From Lytechinus pictus (lineage: Eukaryota): 64,000 nt of DNA. The DNA lies in the NCBI RefSeq assembly GCF_037042905.1, contig NC_087251.1:38008001-38072000 (forward strand). Reading direction: 5' to 3'. The position numbers and the translations under genes were made by a program. Shown here piece by piece: positions 42,808 through 53,590 of this stretch. The first letter of the stretch is position 1, and the number at the start of each line of letters is the position of its first letter. The notes under the pieces are model-generated. The model was not told the origin of the DNA. It searched no databases and worked only from the letters and a program-made list of their open reading frames with translations.

Positions 42808-43391
42808 AGGAGAATGAAACCCTTGAAACCAGCTGAATCCATATCAAAGAAAAAAATCAAAGAAACATATTGTTGAAAGTTTGAGGAAGATTGAATGAAT
42901 AATAAGAAAGTTATGAGCATTTGAATATTGAGATCACTAATGCCATGTAGATCCTCCCATTGGCAATGCGACCAAGATCTGTGATGTCACACACGTACAA
43001 CTCCCTCATTACTTTAGTACTTATTTCACTTATATTCTCACTTTTATAGAGTCTATCACAAGGTGAGGTGTTCTCTTTATGAGAGGACAAATACAGAGGT
43101 TTCACAACATTATATCATTGATGAATCGTTTGTCATATGATTAGAATGAGCAAAATGAGATGTTTTGGGGTATATTTTCAGTGTCCAAAAGGGGAGAGTT
43201 GTTCATCTGTGACATCATAGATCTTGGTCGCATTGCCAATGGGAGGATCTCCATAGCATTAGTGATCTCGACATTCAAATGCTCATAACTCTTCTATTGC
43301 TAGTCCTATTTTACTCAAACTTTTGTTGATTTTATTCTTTGATTTTTCTGCTTTCACAAAAGCTAACTTGCTCCAAGAGTTTCATTCTCCT
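42808..43391. mobile_element. Kolobok-like MITE (TTAA TSD, AG..CT ends) with long inverted arms
   Basis: TTAA|AGGAGAATGAAAC ... GTTTCATTCTCCT|TTAA; internal ~90-bp inverted arms at 42902-42990 and 43208-43297. Confidence 0.88.
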
Positions 43392-44009
43392 TTAACATCA
43401 ACATTAACATGGAATCAAACACGCCTCTGCACAAGCAAACACACAACAAACATGCATGGGTATTTCAAACCACGACTCAAACCATGTTATCTCACAGAAC
43501 CATCACAACATAAACCACAACAAAACATTAAAAAATTAAGAAGCAGGGGCTTGATTTGAATGGATTTTCATCTCTATATTGACACAGACAAAAGAATCAG
43601 TTCTGTATTGACCCTTCATCACTATTTCTGCTCGTTTTGCAGCTTTTCAATTCAGACCTCATCCAACACTTTTGAATCCTGCTCTTTTCATGATGGCATG
43701 ATCATAACAAGCATAGTATCATTTAAAAGAGAAATAAATGATCTTTTGAATAATGTCAAATATGCATTGTGTAGAATTGGGAGTTGGGAGAAATTAATGG
43801 CCAAACACAGATTTCCAAACTTTTTTTGAGGGGTTTATATATATATGTTTGGGTGTGTGTGTGTGATAGTTTGTTTGATTGTTTTGTGTGATCGAGTGCC
43901 TTTAGAATGATTCATGATTTTGCCCCCCCCCCCATCTGGATCGACGCCCCTGCTACCACTTCTTGACGTTTTCGATAGGACCTGAATTTCAGTGCTGCTC
44001 CGGCTTCTG

Positions 44010-44325
44010 AAGCTTGCTCTGGTGGACCAATTCGGTGGCTTCAAGCTTGCATGAGGTCGACCTTGAGGGTATCCTTGGCAATCATCATCACTATATTGTC
44101 TGTTATTTCACCTTTTCTCTCAAGACATCAAAAAACCGAAGAATATTGTCCTTATGCATTGATGTTCTGATCCTTTTCATCTTGTTCGTCTGCTCATTTA
44201 CTCTTCTCTTTTCTATTTCCTCTTATTTTTTAGTAGCTTTATTGATCTGCAAGTCCATAATCTCTAATTCCTGCTTTTCAATAGTTTCTTCCAGGACTTT
44301 AATCTTCTCGTCAATAGAGTCATGT
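44010..44325 (-). pseudogene. Degenerate LINE ORF1p fragment (coiled coil + RRM-like start; L1/L2/Crack-type)
   Basis: Manual minus-strand translation across stops and frameshifts: DSIDEKIKVLEETIEKQELEIMDLQI...INA*GQYS...GEITDNIVMMIAKDTLKVDL...SHRIG. This resembles the LEQYSR...GE.TD.IV...L.VDL...RSHRIG pattern of non-LTR ORF1 proteins. Confidence 0.6.
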
Positions 44326-44334
44326 ACCAACTAC

Positions 44335-45320
44335 CAAATGTATGCAATAAAGTCTTTTGTAGGAGGTCCTTCATGACTTAGACTTATCCTGTGAGAGATG
44401 AGGTACTCTCGAAATGTGGACATCCCAGATGGGCTAATGAGTTCGCAACCCGAAGGATAACAATAAGTCTTCCGATAGAACGTCATCTACCGTACGAAAA
44501 GGATTAGTTGTCATACATCAAGGGGCTATCTGAAGAGCTAAAACAGAACTTTCGTAAAAAATGGATTTATAGAGTGCTTCGGACCTTCTAGAACTTGGGA
44601 GCAGTTCTTTGTAGCTCCCAAAGATAAGACTGAAGATCTTTGACAGAAAGGACAGATGGTTTGAGAGAAGTCATCTACAGAAGGGCGCACCAACCTTCGC
44701 AGAATGATCGTAACGGGCAGGGGCAAATGCAAACTTTCAAGAGTTTCTGACCCAATCCGGCGGTGATCAGACGGGTCATATCCCTGATATATGCTTTTCA
44801 CACTGCATTTCCTTAACCCCATACTATCCTTAACCCCCGACTATCCTTAACCCCATACTATCTTTTTTTCGATTCACACTGTCTTTCTCAACCCCGTACT
44901 ATTGCTTAGCCGGGGTTAACGCCTTAACCCCGGGCAATCACACAGCTCATAAATATTGATGATTTTACCATACAGAGCGCGATTAACGTGCAATTTCGAC
45001 TTCTGTGATTGGCTAATGCTTAGCCCCGCTTTTGCTTAGCCCTGTTTCGTTTCACACTGCATCTCTTAGCACCGCAAGTGTGGTGCTAGCACCACAATAA
45101 GCCGGCTAATCCTGCTTTTTTGCAGCGCCAGATAGTACCGTACTATTTACCGTGCTAGCCCACTTTGCTAAAACGTAGTGTGAAAACGAAGTGGGCTAAG
45201 CTTAACCCCGGGAATTTGGTGGGGCTAAGACCCCCCCCCCTAGCCCCACCAATTTAGGACAAAAAGTGCAGTGTGAAAAGCATAGAAGACTGAAGTGTTC
45301 AGTCGAAAATTTGGAGGTAA
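44335..45320 (+). mobile_element. Degenerate, internally deleted 3' part of a Penelope-like retroelement, interrupted by a MITE at 44792-45282
   Basis: Plus-strand peptide remnants in the correct order: EVLSKCGHPRWA (~44400; cf. L..CGYP.WA), LSYIKGLSEELK (~44509; cf. PYVKG.SE), FGPSRTWEQFFVAPKDKT (~44578; cf. FKP..TL.Q.LV.PKDK), DRWFER..VIYRRAHQPSQN (~44651; cf. RWFERGVKEAIYIR..PSLN). These are followed by a hammerhead-like motif. Confidence 0.8.
44792..45282. mobile_element. MITE with 16-bp perfect TIR and internal TTAACCCC/TAGCCCC motifs
   Basis: TA|TGCTTTTCACACTGCA ... TGCAGTGTGAAAAGCA|TA; 17-bp tandem CCTTAACCCCATACTAT x3 at ~44811-44861. Confidence 0.88.
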
Positions 45321-45929
45321 ATTAATTTTTTTTGCCGATTTTCAATTGGCATTTTAATCAAAATTAGTTTAATTTTGTGGAAATGGATTTTCCCTTGATC
45401 GTATATTAGCAGGATTTTTTGCAGGATTTTCTGCATTTATTGGAATATATACAAAACAAATTTACAATGCTTGAGACATAATCATAATATAGCATAAAGA
45501 AATAACCAAGTGACAATCTTGTATGTAGTGACTAGAGAAAGACATAAATACAATATATAAAAAATATATATTGTAGGCCTAGTCTCACGAGAGGTTGGCA
45601 TATTGATGACAAAATAATGATTGACAAGAACAAGCCTGAGATATAAATATTACTACGAATCCGCTACGAATCCACATAATTATGATACCATCATGAATGT
45701 CATTATGTCTCCTGCATGGAGGTGTGTGTTCAGACACAACTTACAACATTGTAGAAATAACAATTCAATTCAGAAAGAAATTGGTGTAAAAACAAAAATA
45801 AGTCAAAACAACATAAATTAAAAAAAATAAGTCAAAACTAGGTGTGCGCGCTCCAATGTGTTGTTAATCAAAGCAAACAGGCGAATTGCATATAGGCCCT
45901 ATAGTAAATTTTTCAAGTATTTCAAAAAT

Positions 45930-46026
45930 CACTGGGGGAGGATCGATGTGTTTGCCCCCAGAATCTTTTCATTGGGGGCAATTTCCTCTCGATCTTACCA
46001 CCCCCCCCCCCCCCGATCGACGCCTT
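45930..46026 (-). mobile_element. Solo terminus related to the left end of the 40964-43952 element, reverse orientation
   Basis: TTTGCCCCCAGAATCTTTTCATTGGGGGC...CCCCGATCGACGCCT is similar to the reverse complement of 40966-41050. Confidence 0.55.
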
Positions 46027-46605
46027 AGAGGGGGAGGGCTGAATAAGTTCATCGTCATGTTTGCATCATAACAAGGACACGATACTTGGGGAGGGGCATA
46101 TATACTAGTATACTACTCCCCTTGGTTTTTTAAGTAAAAAGGAAAAAGAGAACATAAAACATAAAAGGAGAAAGAATGAAGAAGAGACGTTGGTGTCTGG
46201 TAACTCTATAATCACTACGTGTAATTTAACTGAGGAAACACATACGTCATGTGGGAAAATTAAATGCATATAGGCCTATTGAAAATAGAATCTTTCATTC
46301 TTAGATTTTTTCTTTGATGATTACAACATACGTTTTCTTTATGTAGTATAGATTTCGTCACAATATGCGTAATACATGCACCATCATAACAACTATTTTA
46401 TCTCGATGAATAAATAGAAGCCCAAAATGTTCCATCCACGTGAATCATATTCTCAATTTTGTTGGAGATAATTCCAGATCTTACGCGTATATTTACATTT
46501 TGACTTTTCTCCTGCACCTTATCAAAAAGACCTCGCGGGAGTCCACCAATCAAAAAGGAGTAAGGCATTGCCAATATTTCAGACTACCCAGTGTGTAATT
46601 CTGCG

Positions 46606-46720
46606 ATGATACAGTCACACCGCGAAACCGAATCCAAACCGATCAAAGCCTGGATACGTTATCTCCAATGGCACGCCATAGGTCGGATAGGAGTCGGTTT
46701 TGTCGGTGTGACTAGAGCAT
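46606..46720. mobile_element. Short hairpin MITE remnant
   Basis: AGTCACACCGCGAAACCGAATCCAAACCGA (46613) is an imperfect inverted repeat of TCGGATAGGAGTCGGTTTTGTCGGTGTGACT (ends 46713). Confidence 0.6.
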
Positions 46721-46799
46721 AATACTCCGAAGTAATCCTTATCTTCCCTTGCGATATGGGAATGGGTTTTAAACTTTGAGTCGAGTGGGGAGATTATGA

Positions 46800-47000
46800 A
46801 GTCTTGTCTAAGTAATATTTAGCCACTCCGACACTCAGTATCACCTGAAGCGGGTCTACAGGTGGTCCTAGCCTAGGTGGTTCTTGGAGATCTTTAGAAC
46901 CTTTTCTTGTCTGGAGTCTGTATTTAATTGAATCAATATAGGCCTATACTACTACCTTATTTGGACTGGTAGAATTGCAGCACAGTCTTCCAAACTGTGG
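46800..47000 (+). other. Putative non-coding first exon of the SLC10 gene (5' boundary unknown)
   Basis: Consensus donor TGG|GTAAGT at 47001; locally higher GC; CCAAT motifs at ~46546, ~46572 and ~46665. The coding exon has a splice acceptor (TTGCAG|G, 53531) 59 nt before the ATG, which implies an upstream exon. Confidence 0.4.
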
Positions 47001-47244
47001 GTAAGTTATGTTTCTTCATTATTTTTGTATAAGGTATTTTTATGTACGCAGTTCAATTTTTATTGAGCATTTATACCGATATACATGTATATAGGCCTAT
47101 AATTCTTCCTTTAATTACAAGTATATCCTCTTGAAAGAAAGAAATATAGGCCCTATAAATGTCACAATTTTGTTAACTATCATTATCATTGTAACTTAAC
47201 TAAAAAAGAAATACTTTATTAACAACTTGGATATCAGCCTACAT

Positions 47245-47557
47245 CACTCCAAGAAACAGGTTGAAGTTTGCACCCCAGATGCAACACTGACATACATTTT
47301 TGGTGCAAACTTGGGTGAATTATATGGTGCAAAAATGCACTTTTTGCACAAGACTTTTTGTTTGCACCCTGAAATACCTTTTTGAATCCTCAAAGTTGCA
47401 ATCAACCTAGTAATTTTTTGGTGTACAGTGTATCCATTTTTCCGGTCTAAAAAGGAGGCAAAAGGTACCTATCTACGCCCTAAAAGGTGCAAAAGGCTCA
47501 ATGTTGCATTTTTCAGAAGCCGGGGTGCAAAATTGTATTATTTTGTTTCTTATTGTG
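47245..47557. mobile_element. Degenerate CAC..GTG-ended MITE rich in TGCAC/GTGCA motifs
   Basis: CACTCCAAGAAACA...TTTGCACCCC on the left and GGGGTGCAAA...TGTTTCTTATTGTG on the right. Confidence 0.5.
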
Positions 47558-48247
47558 CATACGCAGTATAAGGTAGACCTATATAATTGCTTGGATTTAA
47601 TTAACCTCATGATGAGCAACACACTTACTCCCCCATAGCTGAATGCAGTTTAATTCAATTAGAAAAGTTTAGTTATTTTAGAGAAAATGGGAGAAAAATA
47701 CCAGGAAGCTAATAAGGCAGTCCTTGATTTTTATCTTTATTAAGTTTTACTCATCGAAATGATGTAGAGAGAAAATTAGATGCTTACGTAATCCATTCTA
47801 ATTCATCATCGTAAAACTATATAACATGTGTGAGGTGCATTGATTTTAAGAAGAGGGATGTTTCGTGCGGGAATTCATGAATATCATCGAGTGCACCCTG
47901 GATACCCCACCCCCTCATTGTTGAGACCCCTCCTCATATTGATTTGAGACAAGTGGTAGCAATGTTTGGGGACATTATGTTAACAAGCGATGCAAAGTTG
48001 ATTTCCCAAATTATTTCTATCTGAAAAAGTAAACAACATACAGACACTGGACATCTATATACCTTAATTTCTCTTTTATATAATAAAGTTAATATAACAA
48101 ATATAGTAGAGGTAATGAATTGTTTTTATTTTCATTCACCTTTATTGAAATTAGATATGTAAAACTAATTATAATTATATGGCCGGTACATTCAGGATTT
48201 CAAATATCTTTTCTAACACTAATGAAGAAATTATCGGGATTGATTAA

Positions 48248-49423
48248 ATGACAAGTCCATCCCAACAAAAAGTTGATTTGAATAAAATAGAAAAATCCAA
48301 CAAGCATAATACTGAAAATTTCATCAAATCGGATGTAAGATAGGAAAGTTATGACATTTTAAAGTTTCGCTTAATTTCACAAAATTGTTATATGCACATC
48401 CCGGTCGGTATGCAAATGAGGGAACTGATGACATCACTCACTCACTATTTCTTTTGTAAAATATTTTATTGTATGAAATATTCAAATTTTCTCCTCAATG
48501 TCCTGTGAAACAAAGTTTTATTTCTCCCTGAACATTTTGAATTACCATTGCTTAACACTTTATGGTTCAGTCAAGTTGGTCCTTATTGTCAAATCTGCAA
48601 AAATTGAAACAATGTATAATTCGAACAATAAAAAACAAAAGAAATATAGTGAGTTTTTTTTTGTATTAAGTAGTTTTTATTGACAACTTCAATTCATATA
48701 CAAAATAAAATATATATAACAAATAGAAGTTTGATGTCTTTACAAATTGATAAATACATTGACAGCTTATAAATTTAACATCATTTTTTTTTCTTGAATG
48801 TTACAATAATTCAATTCAATTCAATTCAATGTTTTATTCAATTCCAATAAAAATCAATACAGAGTATAGAATACAGTAATAACAAATACAATGTGCAATA
48901 ATAAGGCAAGAAAATATAAGGTACATGTAAAACAAGTATTAAACAGATACAAATGACAATAGAGAGATACAATATTGGAATTAGGTGGTCATAAAAACCT
49001 ATCAAGGTTTGTCGAGATAACCACCCTTACATAAAAAAATAAAATAAGCCAAATTGAAATTACAAATTTGATAAAATGCTCATTTAAAATTTAATTCAAT
49101 AACTGAAATCATTTGATAATACATGTATATAATAAAACACAATCATGTCAGACATCTTCTAAAACATAATTATAAATAACATTGATAATAATAATATGCA
49201 TTAAGAATAAACTTCTACAATAAATGAGTGAGGGACATGATCGATTCTCTCATTTGCAAGTGACTAAATTGTGCATATAACTATTTTGTGAAAAATAAGC
49301 GAAATTTTGAAATGTCATAACTTTCTTATTTTACATAAGATTTTGATGAAATTTTCAGCATTATGCTTGTCAGATTTTTCTCTATTGATTAAAATCAACA
49401 TTTTTCTGAGGTGGACTTGACCT
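48248..49423. mobile_element. Kolobok-like MITE (second family) carrying a ~570-bp retro-insert
   Basis: TTAA|ATGACAAGTCCATCCC ... GGTGGACTTGACCT|TTAA; colinear with the uninterrupted copy at 61938-62524. Confidence 0.85.
48655..49224 (-). mobile_element. Truncated non-LTR retrotransposon 3' end(s) inserted in the Kolobok-like MITE
   Basis: Absent from the 61938 copy; flanked by a TGAGT direct repeat (48650-54 and 49225-29). Begins with a T-run and TTTATT (minus-strand AATAAA + polyA). A second tail (AATTC)4 + TTTATT lies at ~48808-48840, with a GGTGGT...ACCACC stem-loop at ~48984-49025. Confidence 0.65.
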
Positions 49424-49617
49424 TTAAGTCGAATCTAGATTTTTCTCTGGCTCCATAATAATATAGACCTACATGTAAATGTATGGAATGTATAATGGGT
49501 AACGATCATTTCTTGTGAATGATATTGTGAGTGAATATTGTCCCGTCCCACCTCGGTCATTTCGATCCCATCATGCCCATGCAGGCGTTGGCCGGGTCAC
49601 AGAATGAAATTCCAGAT

Positions 49618-49619
49618 AA

Positions 49620-49641
<22 letters not shown>
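49618..49641. repeat. (TA)n microsatellite
   Basis: directly visible. Confidence 0.9.
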
Positions 49642-49650
<9 letters not shown>

Positions 49651-50258
49651 TAAATTAAGTCCCGGGCTTCAGTCACAAAAGGATTCGATGCACCAATAAA
49701 TCAGTTAATGATGGCCTTTCAAAAGGTATAATATCAGATGACACAAAATAAAGAATAAAATAGAACAAAATATAGAATGAAAGATCAGATCATAACCATC
49801 TTCTTCTTATTATTATTATTATTATCATTAGTAGTAGTAGTAGAAGTATAGTATTATAGTATTCTTCCTTTTTTCTCCTCTTCTCTTCCTCATTCCCCTG
49901 TTCTTCCCTTTTCTCTCCACATCTGACACATCAACAATATCTACATTTGCCTACACATTAAAACAGTTTATGTTCGTCTTATCAGAACACTACAGAAAGG
50001 TCATAAAATGTTCAAATACATTTGTACTGTTCTTAAAATGTTTGCCGCATTTTATTGTCATAGATAATGTAATTAAATGTAAAAGAGCTAATTGCGTAAT
50101 TTCACAGAAAAAAACCTTCGTAGGGTCAATCTGATGTCATGAATATTGACATGGCATGGTATCTCAGACAATTCTAGCCTCAAGGGTTTGTTTTTTCCCA
50201 AAAAATTCAAACAACAAAATGAACCTCCTTTGTAGTGATGGAGGGTGGACACAGGGAC

Positions 50259-50407
50259 CAGGGGCCGCGGAACGGTTTTGAAAGTGGGGGGGGGGGGGGG
50301 GGGGTTAGACCATGCAAAAATTGAAATAAGATGGTCATTTTTACGTTTTTGTACACGGTTTTGGACTGAAGCCCCCCCCCCCCCCACTCCCGTTTCCGCG
50401 GCCCTCG
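50259..50407. mobile_element. ~150-bp MITE with 5-bp TSD
   Basis: GGGAC|CAGGGGCCGCGGAA + G-run ... C-run + TTCCGCGGCCCTCG|GGGAC. Confidence 0.8.
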
Positions 50408-51089
50408 GGGACAACTCGAATTCGGGATTTAGTATACTCCTAAAGATTCATTTTTAAATCTCAAAGGATTCAAAATCAGATCCCTTGAGGTCTAAAGATA
50501 ACATTTAGGATTAAAACTAATTCCCAAATTTGAGTGGTCTCTAATTACAGTGCAGATGGATTTATTTTAAGTCCCTGCAATTAGAGTGTAATTTAGTGAG
50601 TCAACCGAACAAAGGTGTAAAGAGATTAACAAGGTGAAAAATAAATAGATATGTATTCAAAATTAATACCCTACATAAAGTAAAATAGGCAAATTCAACT
50701 TGAAACTGGAATTCAGCTGAAACTCATGTCATAAGAATCCAAAAATATTACGAAAAATATTTATGATTCAAGTATTCACAATATTTTGTCATTTGTCTAT
50801 GACTACTTCATGAAGAGATGATAATCATATATAGTAATCGCAGCAACGATCTAATCCATCAAAGTGTACTTAGGGTCATAGGAAATCCACTCCCATTTAA
50901 ATTTTTATTTTAAGACAAGAAAATTGGGGGGAATCTCATTTAGAAACCAAGAAAATGGTACCAGTCGTGCATAATGTCGTTTGTTGATATCAGAAAACGG
51001 CCCATGAAATGTTTGTACTGATCGATAATTAGGAGAAGTCAATACACCGAATACTAAGTAATTTACATTTTAAAAAGAATGAAACAATC

Positions 51090-51351
51090 CACTGGCGTAT
51101 ACAGATGGGGGGGGGGGCTATGGGCCATGCCCCCCAAAAAAAATCACGACAAAGATAAAAACGAAAAAAAAAAAGGAAAGGGAAAGAGTAAAATATTGTA
51201 TTAATTTCTGAATATTATTTCAAAATCTATTAAAAAATAGAGTTGTAAAAAAAGATCAATTTTTTCGATCGCTTGTCTCATTTTATCCCAATTTTTTTTT
51301 GCTCCATCCTCCATATCTGGCCCCCCTCAAAATATTTGTCATACGCTACTG
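51090..51351. mobile_element. Degenerate CAGTGGCGTA-type MITE; partial second copy at ~51660-51830
   Basis: CACTGGCGTAT + G-run ... CCCCCC...ATACGCTACTG; TTTTTTGCTCCATCC..CCAT.ATCTGG recurs at ~51785; no TSD found. Confidence 0.5.
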
Positions 51352-51375
51352 ACGTAACTTTTTTTTTGCACCTCA

Positions 51376-51639
51376 GGGCCCCGTCTTACAAAGAGTTACG
51401 ATTGATCCAATCAATCTCAACTGTATGGAAATCCATACATACCATACTTTTTTTCTACAGGAAATTTGCACAATCTCCTTAGTAAACAAAGAAAATCACA
51501 CTGAATCCTAAATAGAACGATGAATGTATGAACAAACATCATATCTATAATTTTTTTTGAAACAAACATGCATAATAGATGTTGATGTTGCTGGTTTGTG
51601 GTTATCGGTTTAATCGAAACTCTTTGTATGACAGGGCCC
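51376..51639. mobile_element. MITE with ~28-bp TIR (PIF/Harbinger-like GGGCCC ends)
   Basis: GGGCCCCGTCTTACAAAGAGTTACGATT ... AATCGAAACTCTTTGTATGACAGGGCCC. Confidence 0.75.
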
Positions 51640-52974
51640 CGATTACTATATAATGAAGCATCATTGATGATGCCACCAAAAAAGAAGTATGAAAAGGGAA
51701 TGGCTGAAATATTACATCATTTTCTGAATATCATTTCAAAATTTATCCATAAGATATATTTTTTGTATTAAAAAAGGTATTTTTTTTGCTCCATCCGCCA
51801 TTATCTGGACCCCTCAAGCAGTTTGACTAATTGTTTTGCGACACTGCTTCTGTACTCTGTACTAAACAAAAGATGTCATAAACAATTTTGTATTCCAAAT
51901 TTATTAAATTATATGAAAATCAATGGGAAATTTCGTGTTTCCTCTACAATACTGCCCAACTGTGGCAAAAGGAAGCAAGTGACACATCAGTCAAATTTGA
52001 GTTATTGGTGTTTCTGAAACACCCTTTGTATGTTGCACGTTCAGGCAAAATTTGGGGGAAGAAATGATCGTTCTGTGGAAAGATATTGAAGAAAATAATG
52101 CTGTTAAATTGCATCAACGCCTATGTAAATGACGAACACATAATCCTCATTTACAAGAAATGATACTTTTATAACTTGCTTCCTTTTGCCAAAGTACGGC
52201 AGAATAATATTGTAATGATTATCAGACTTACTATTTTGGTCTCTCTTCTCACTTGGAAAATGAACCAAAATCCCTATCCTTGGTATTGATCTAACCTTTT
52301 ACCCGTAAATAATAGATAAACGAATGTAATCCATATGCGGGACTATTCTTAATCTGCTCCATTCTAATCTTCTAAAGCAAATTCTATTTCCCGATACAAT
52401 TCATAGCGATACATTCAAATATTTATATATATAGATTAAGGCAAAGCCAGGCATTTCTTGGTTATTTTAAGAACTAACATTCATCTTCATTATAAAGGAC
52501 AAGGTTTAAAGAAGTTGAATATGCAAACTGACCCAGTAACCCGTCAAAAAAGTTGATTGGAACGGACAATGTGTGATTGGTTTGATCAATAGGTTTAGTA
52601 TCGGCTGAAATACAAGAGACTTGGGCCTAAACGGAAACAAACCGTAACACTGGTTAAGAGAGGTGGGTTACTTGATTCTTTTATCGTCAACATAATTTTA
52701 TATAGGCCTACACAGGAAAAACCCGTTTAAAATTTTTATACAACGATGTATCCTGGATGAACCGTACAGAAGTTGTTTGAACATTTCTTTAAGTGTAGAA
52801 AATCTTAAACAACAAATTTTGATTTTTAATACCAGCTAAATTCTCAATGAATTAAGTATGGTTGTTTAAATTGTTAAACAACTACTGTAAGGTTCATGTA
52901 TAAAACAGCATTGTATAAATGTTAAACAGCGTTCTTACGTTGTAGTGATGGTTTATATTCTTTTTGTTCTACAA

Positions 52975-53425
52975 TCAGTTGGTCTACTTCTCATATGTTT
53001 GATACAATTAACATTGGCTGAACCCATTTGGTCTACTTATAAATTTGGTGTAATTGCTGTTTGATCTACACTTGGTCTAATACTCATTTAGTCTATTTCT
53101 TATTAGATATAATACCCATGTATGAAGTTGGTCTAATTTCCTCTTCCTCTATTTACTAGTATCACTTTATTAAACTTGGTCAAATGAAACTCTGATTCAC
53201 GACAGTTTAAAGCCTAAGTGATATTAGACCATTTTAGACCAAATGGCCATAAGAGGACATTGGTATAGCCTAACAGAAAACTAAACAAAATGATGAATGG
53301 GCTAAATGACAATTAGACCAAATGGTTATTAGACGCACTGGTTGTACACGAAGTAGTATTAGACCACGTGAAATGAGATGAAATGGAAAGTAGACGAAAC
53401 GTGTGTAGACCAAATCGGCAGTTTA
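52975..53425. repeat. Degenerate foldback element of TTGGTCTA / TAGACCAA subrepeats
   Basis: The left half has repeated TTGGTCTA (~52979, 53028, 53072, 53128); the right half has the complement TAGACCA (~53225, 53235, 53314, 53360, 53406). Confidence 0.65.
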
Positions 53426-53590
53426 CCGTAGTGATAGCTTTAATTTACCCCAATTTTGTTTAACACAACGCACTGGCAAAACATTAATTCTCCCCAATCA
53501 TACCAATTGTTTTCAAACTATCTCGTTGCAGGCAAACTAGCTGAATGGTTTCATCTTCATCAGTTTCTTGATTCTATCGACACAAACATC

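Larger units (their letters stand above)
42308..43837. mobile_element. Non-autonomous Tc1/mariner-like element (TA TSD, ~30-bp TIR) nested in the 40964-43952 element
   Basis: TA|TAAACTCCTCAAAAAAAGTTTGGAAATCTG ... CAGATTTCCAAACTTTTTTTGAGGGGTTTA|TA (one mismatch between TIRs); no transposase ORF. Confidence 0.8.
40964..43952. mobile_element. Non-autonomous TIR DNA transposon (~3 kb including nested inserts), 5-bp TSD, superfamily unassigned
   Basis: TIRs CAGAGGCATCGATCC (40964) and GGATCGACGCCCCTG (ends 43952), with G-run/C-run subterminal tracts. TSD CTACC at 40959-63 and 43953-57. Internal degenerate subrepeats GCTCGCGCTTCGCGCTCG (e.g. ~41728, ~41853, ~42118, ~42235). Confidence 0.8.

Noticed and set aside
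44385..44455. Additional hammerhead-like strings (CTGTGAGAGA...TCTCGAAA; CTAATGAG...CGAAG)
   Set aside because: The cores deviate from CUGANGA/GAAA, and the same bases are explained as Penelope coding remnants (EVLSKCGHPRWA).
44811..44861. Interstitial telomere
   Set aside because: The unit is a 17-bp repeat containing TTAACCCC rather than tandem CCCTAA, and it lies inside a TIR element.
53456..53590. N-terminal extension of the 515-aa ORF from a TTG start
   Set aside because: Non-ATG start lying upstream of the splice acceptor at 53531; the ATG at 53591 precedes the signal peptide.
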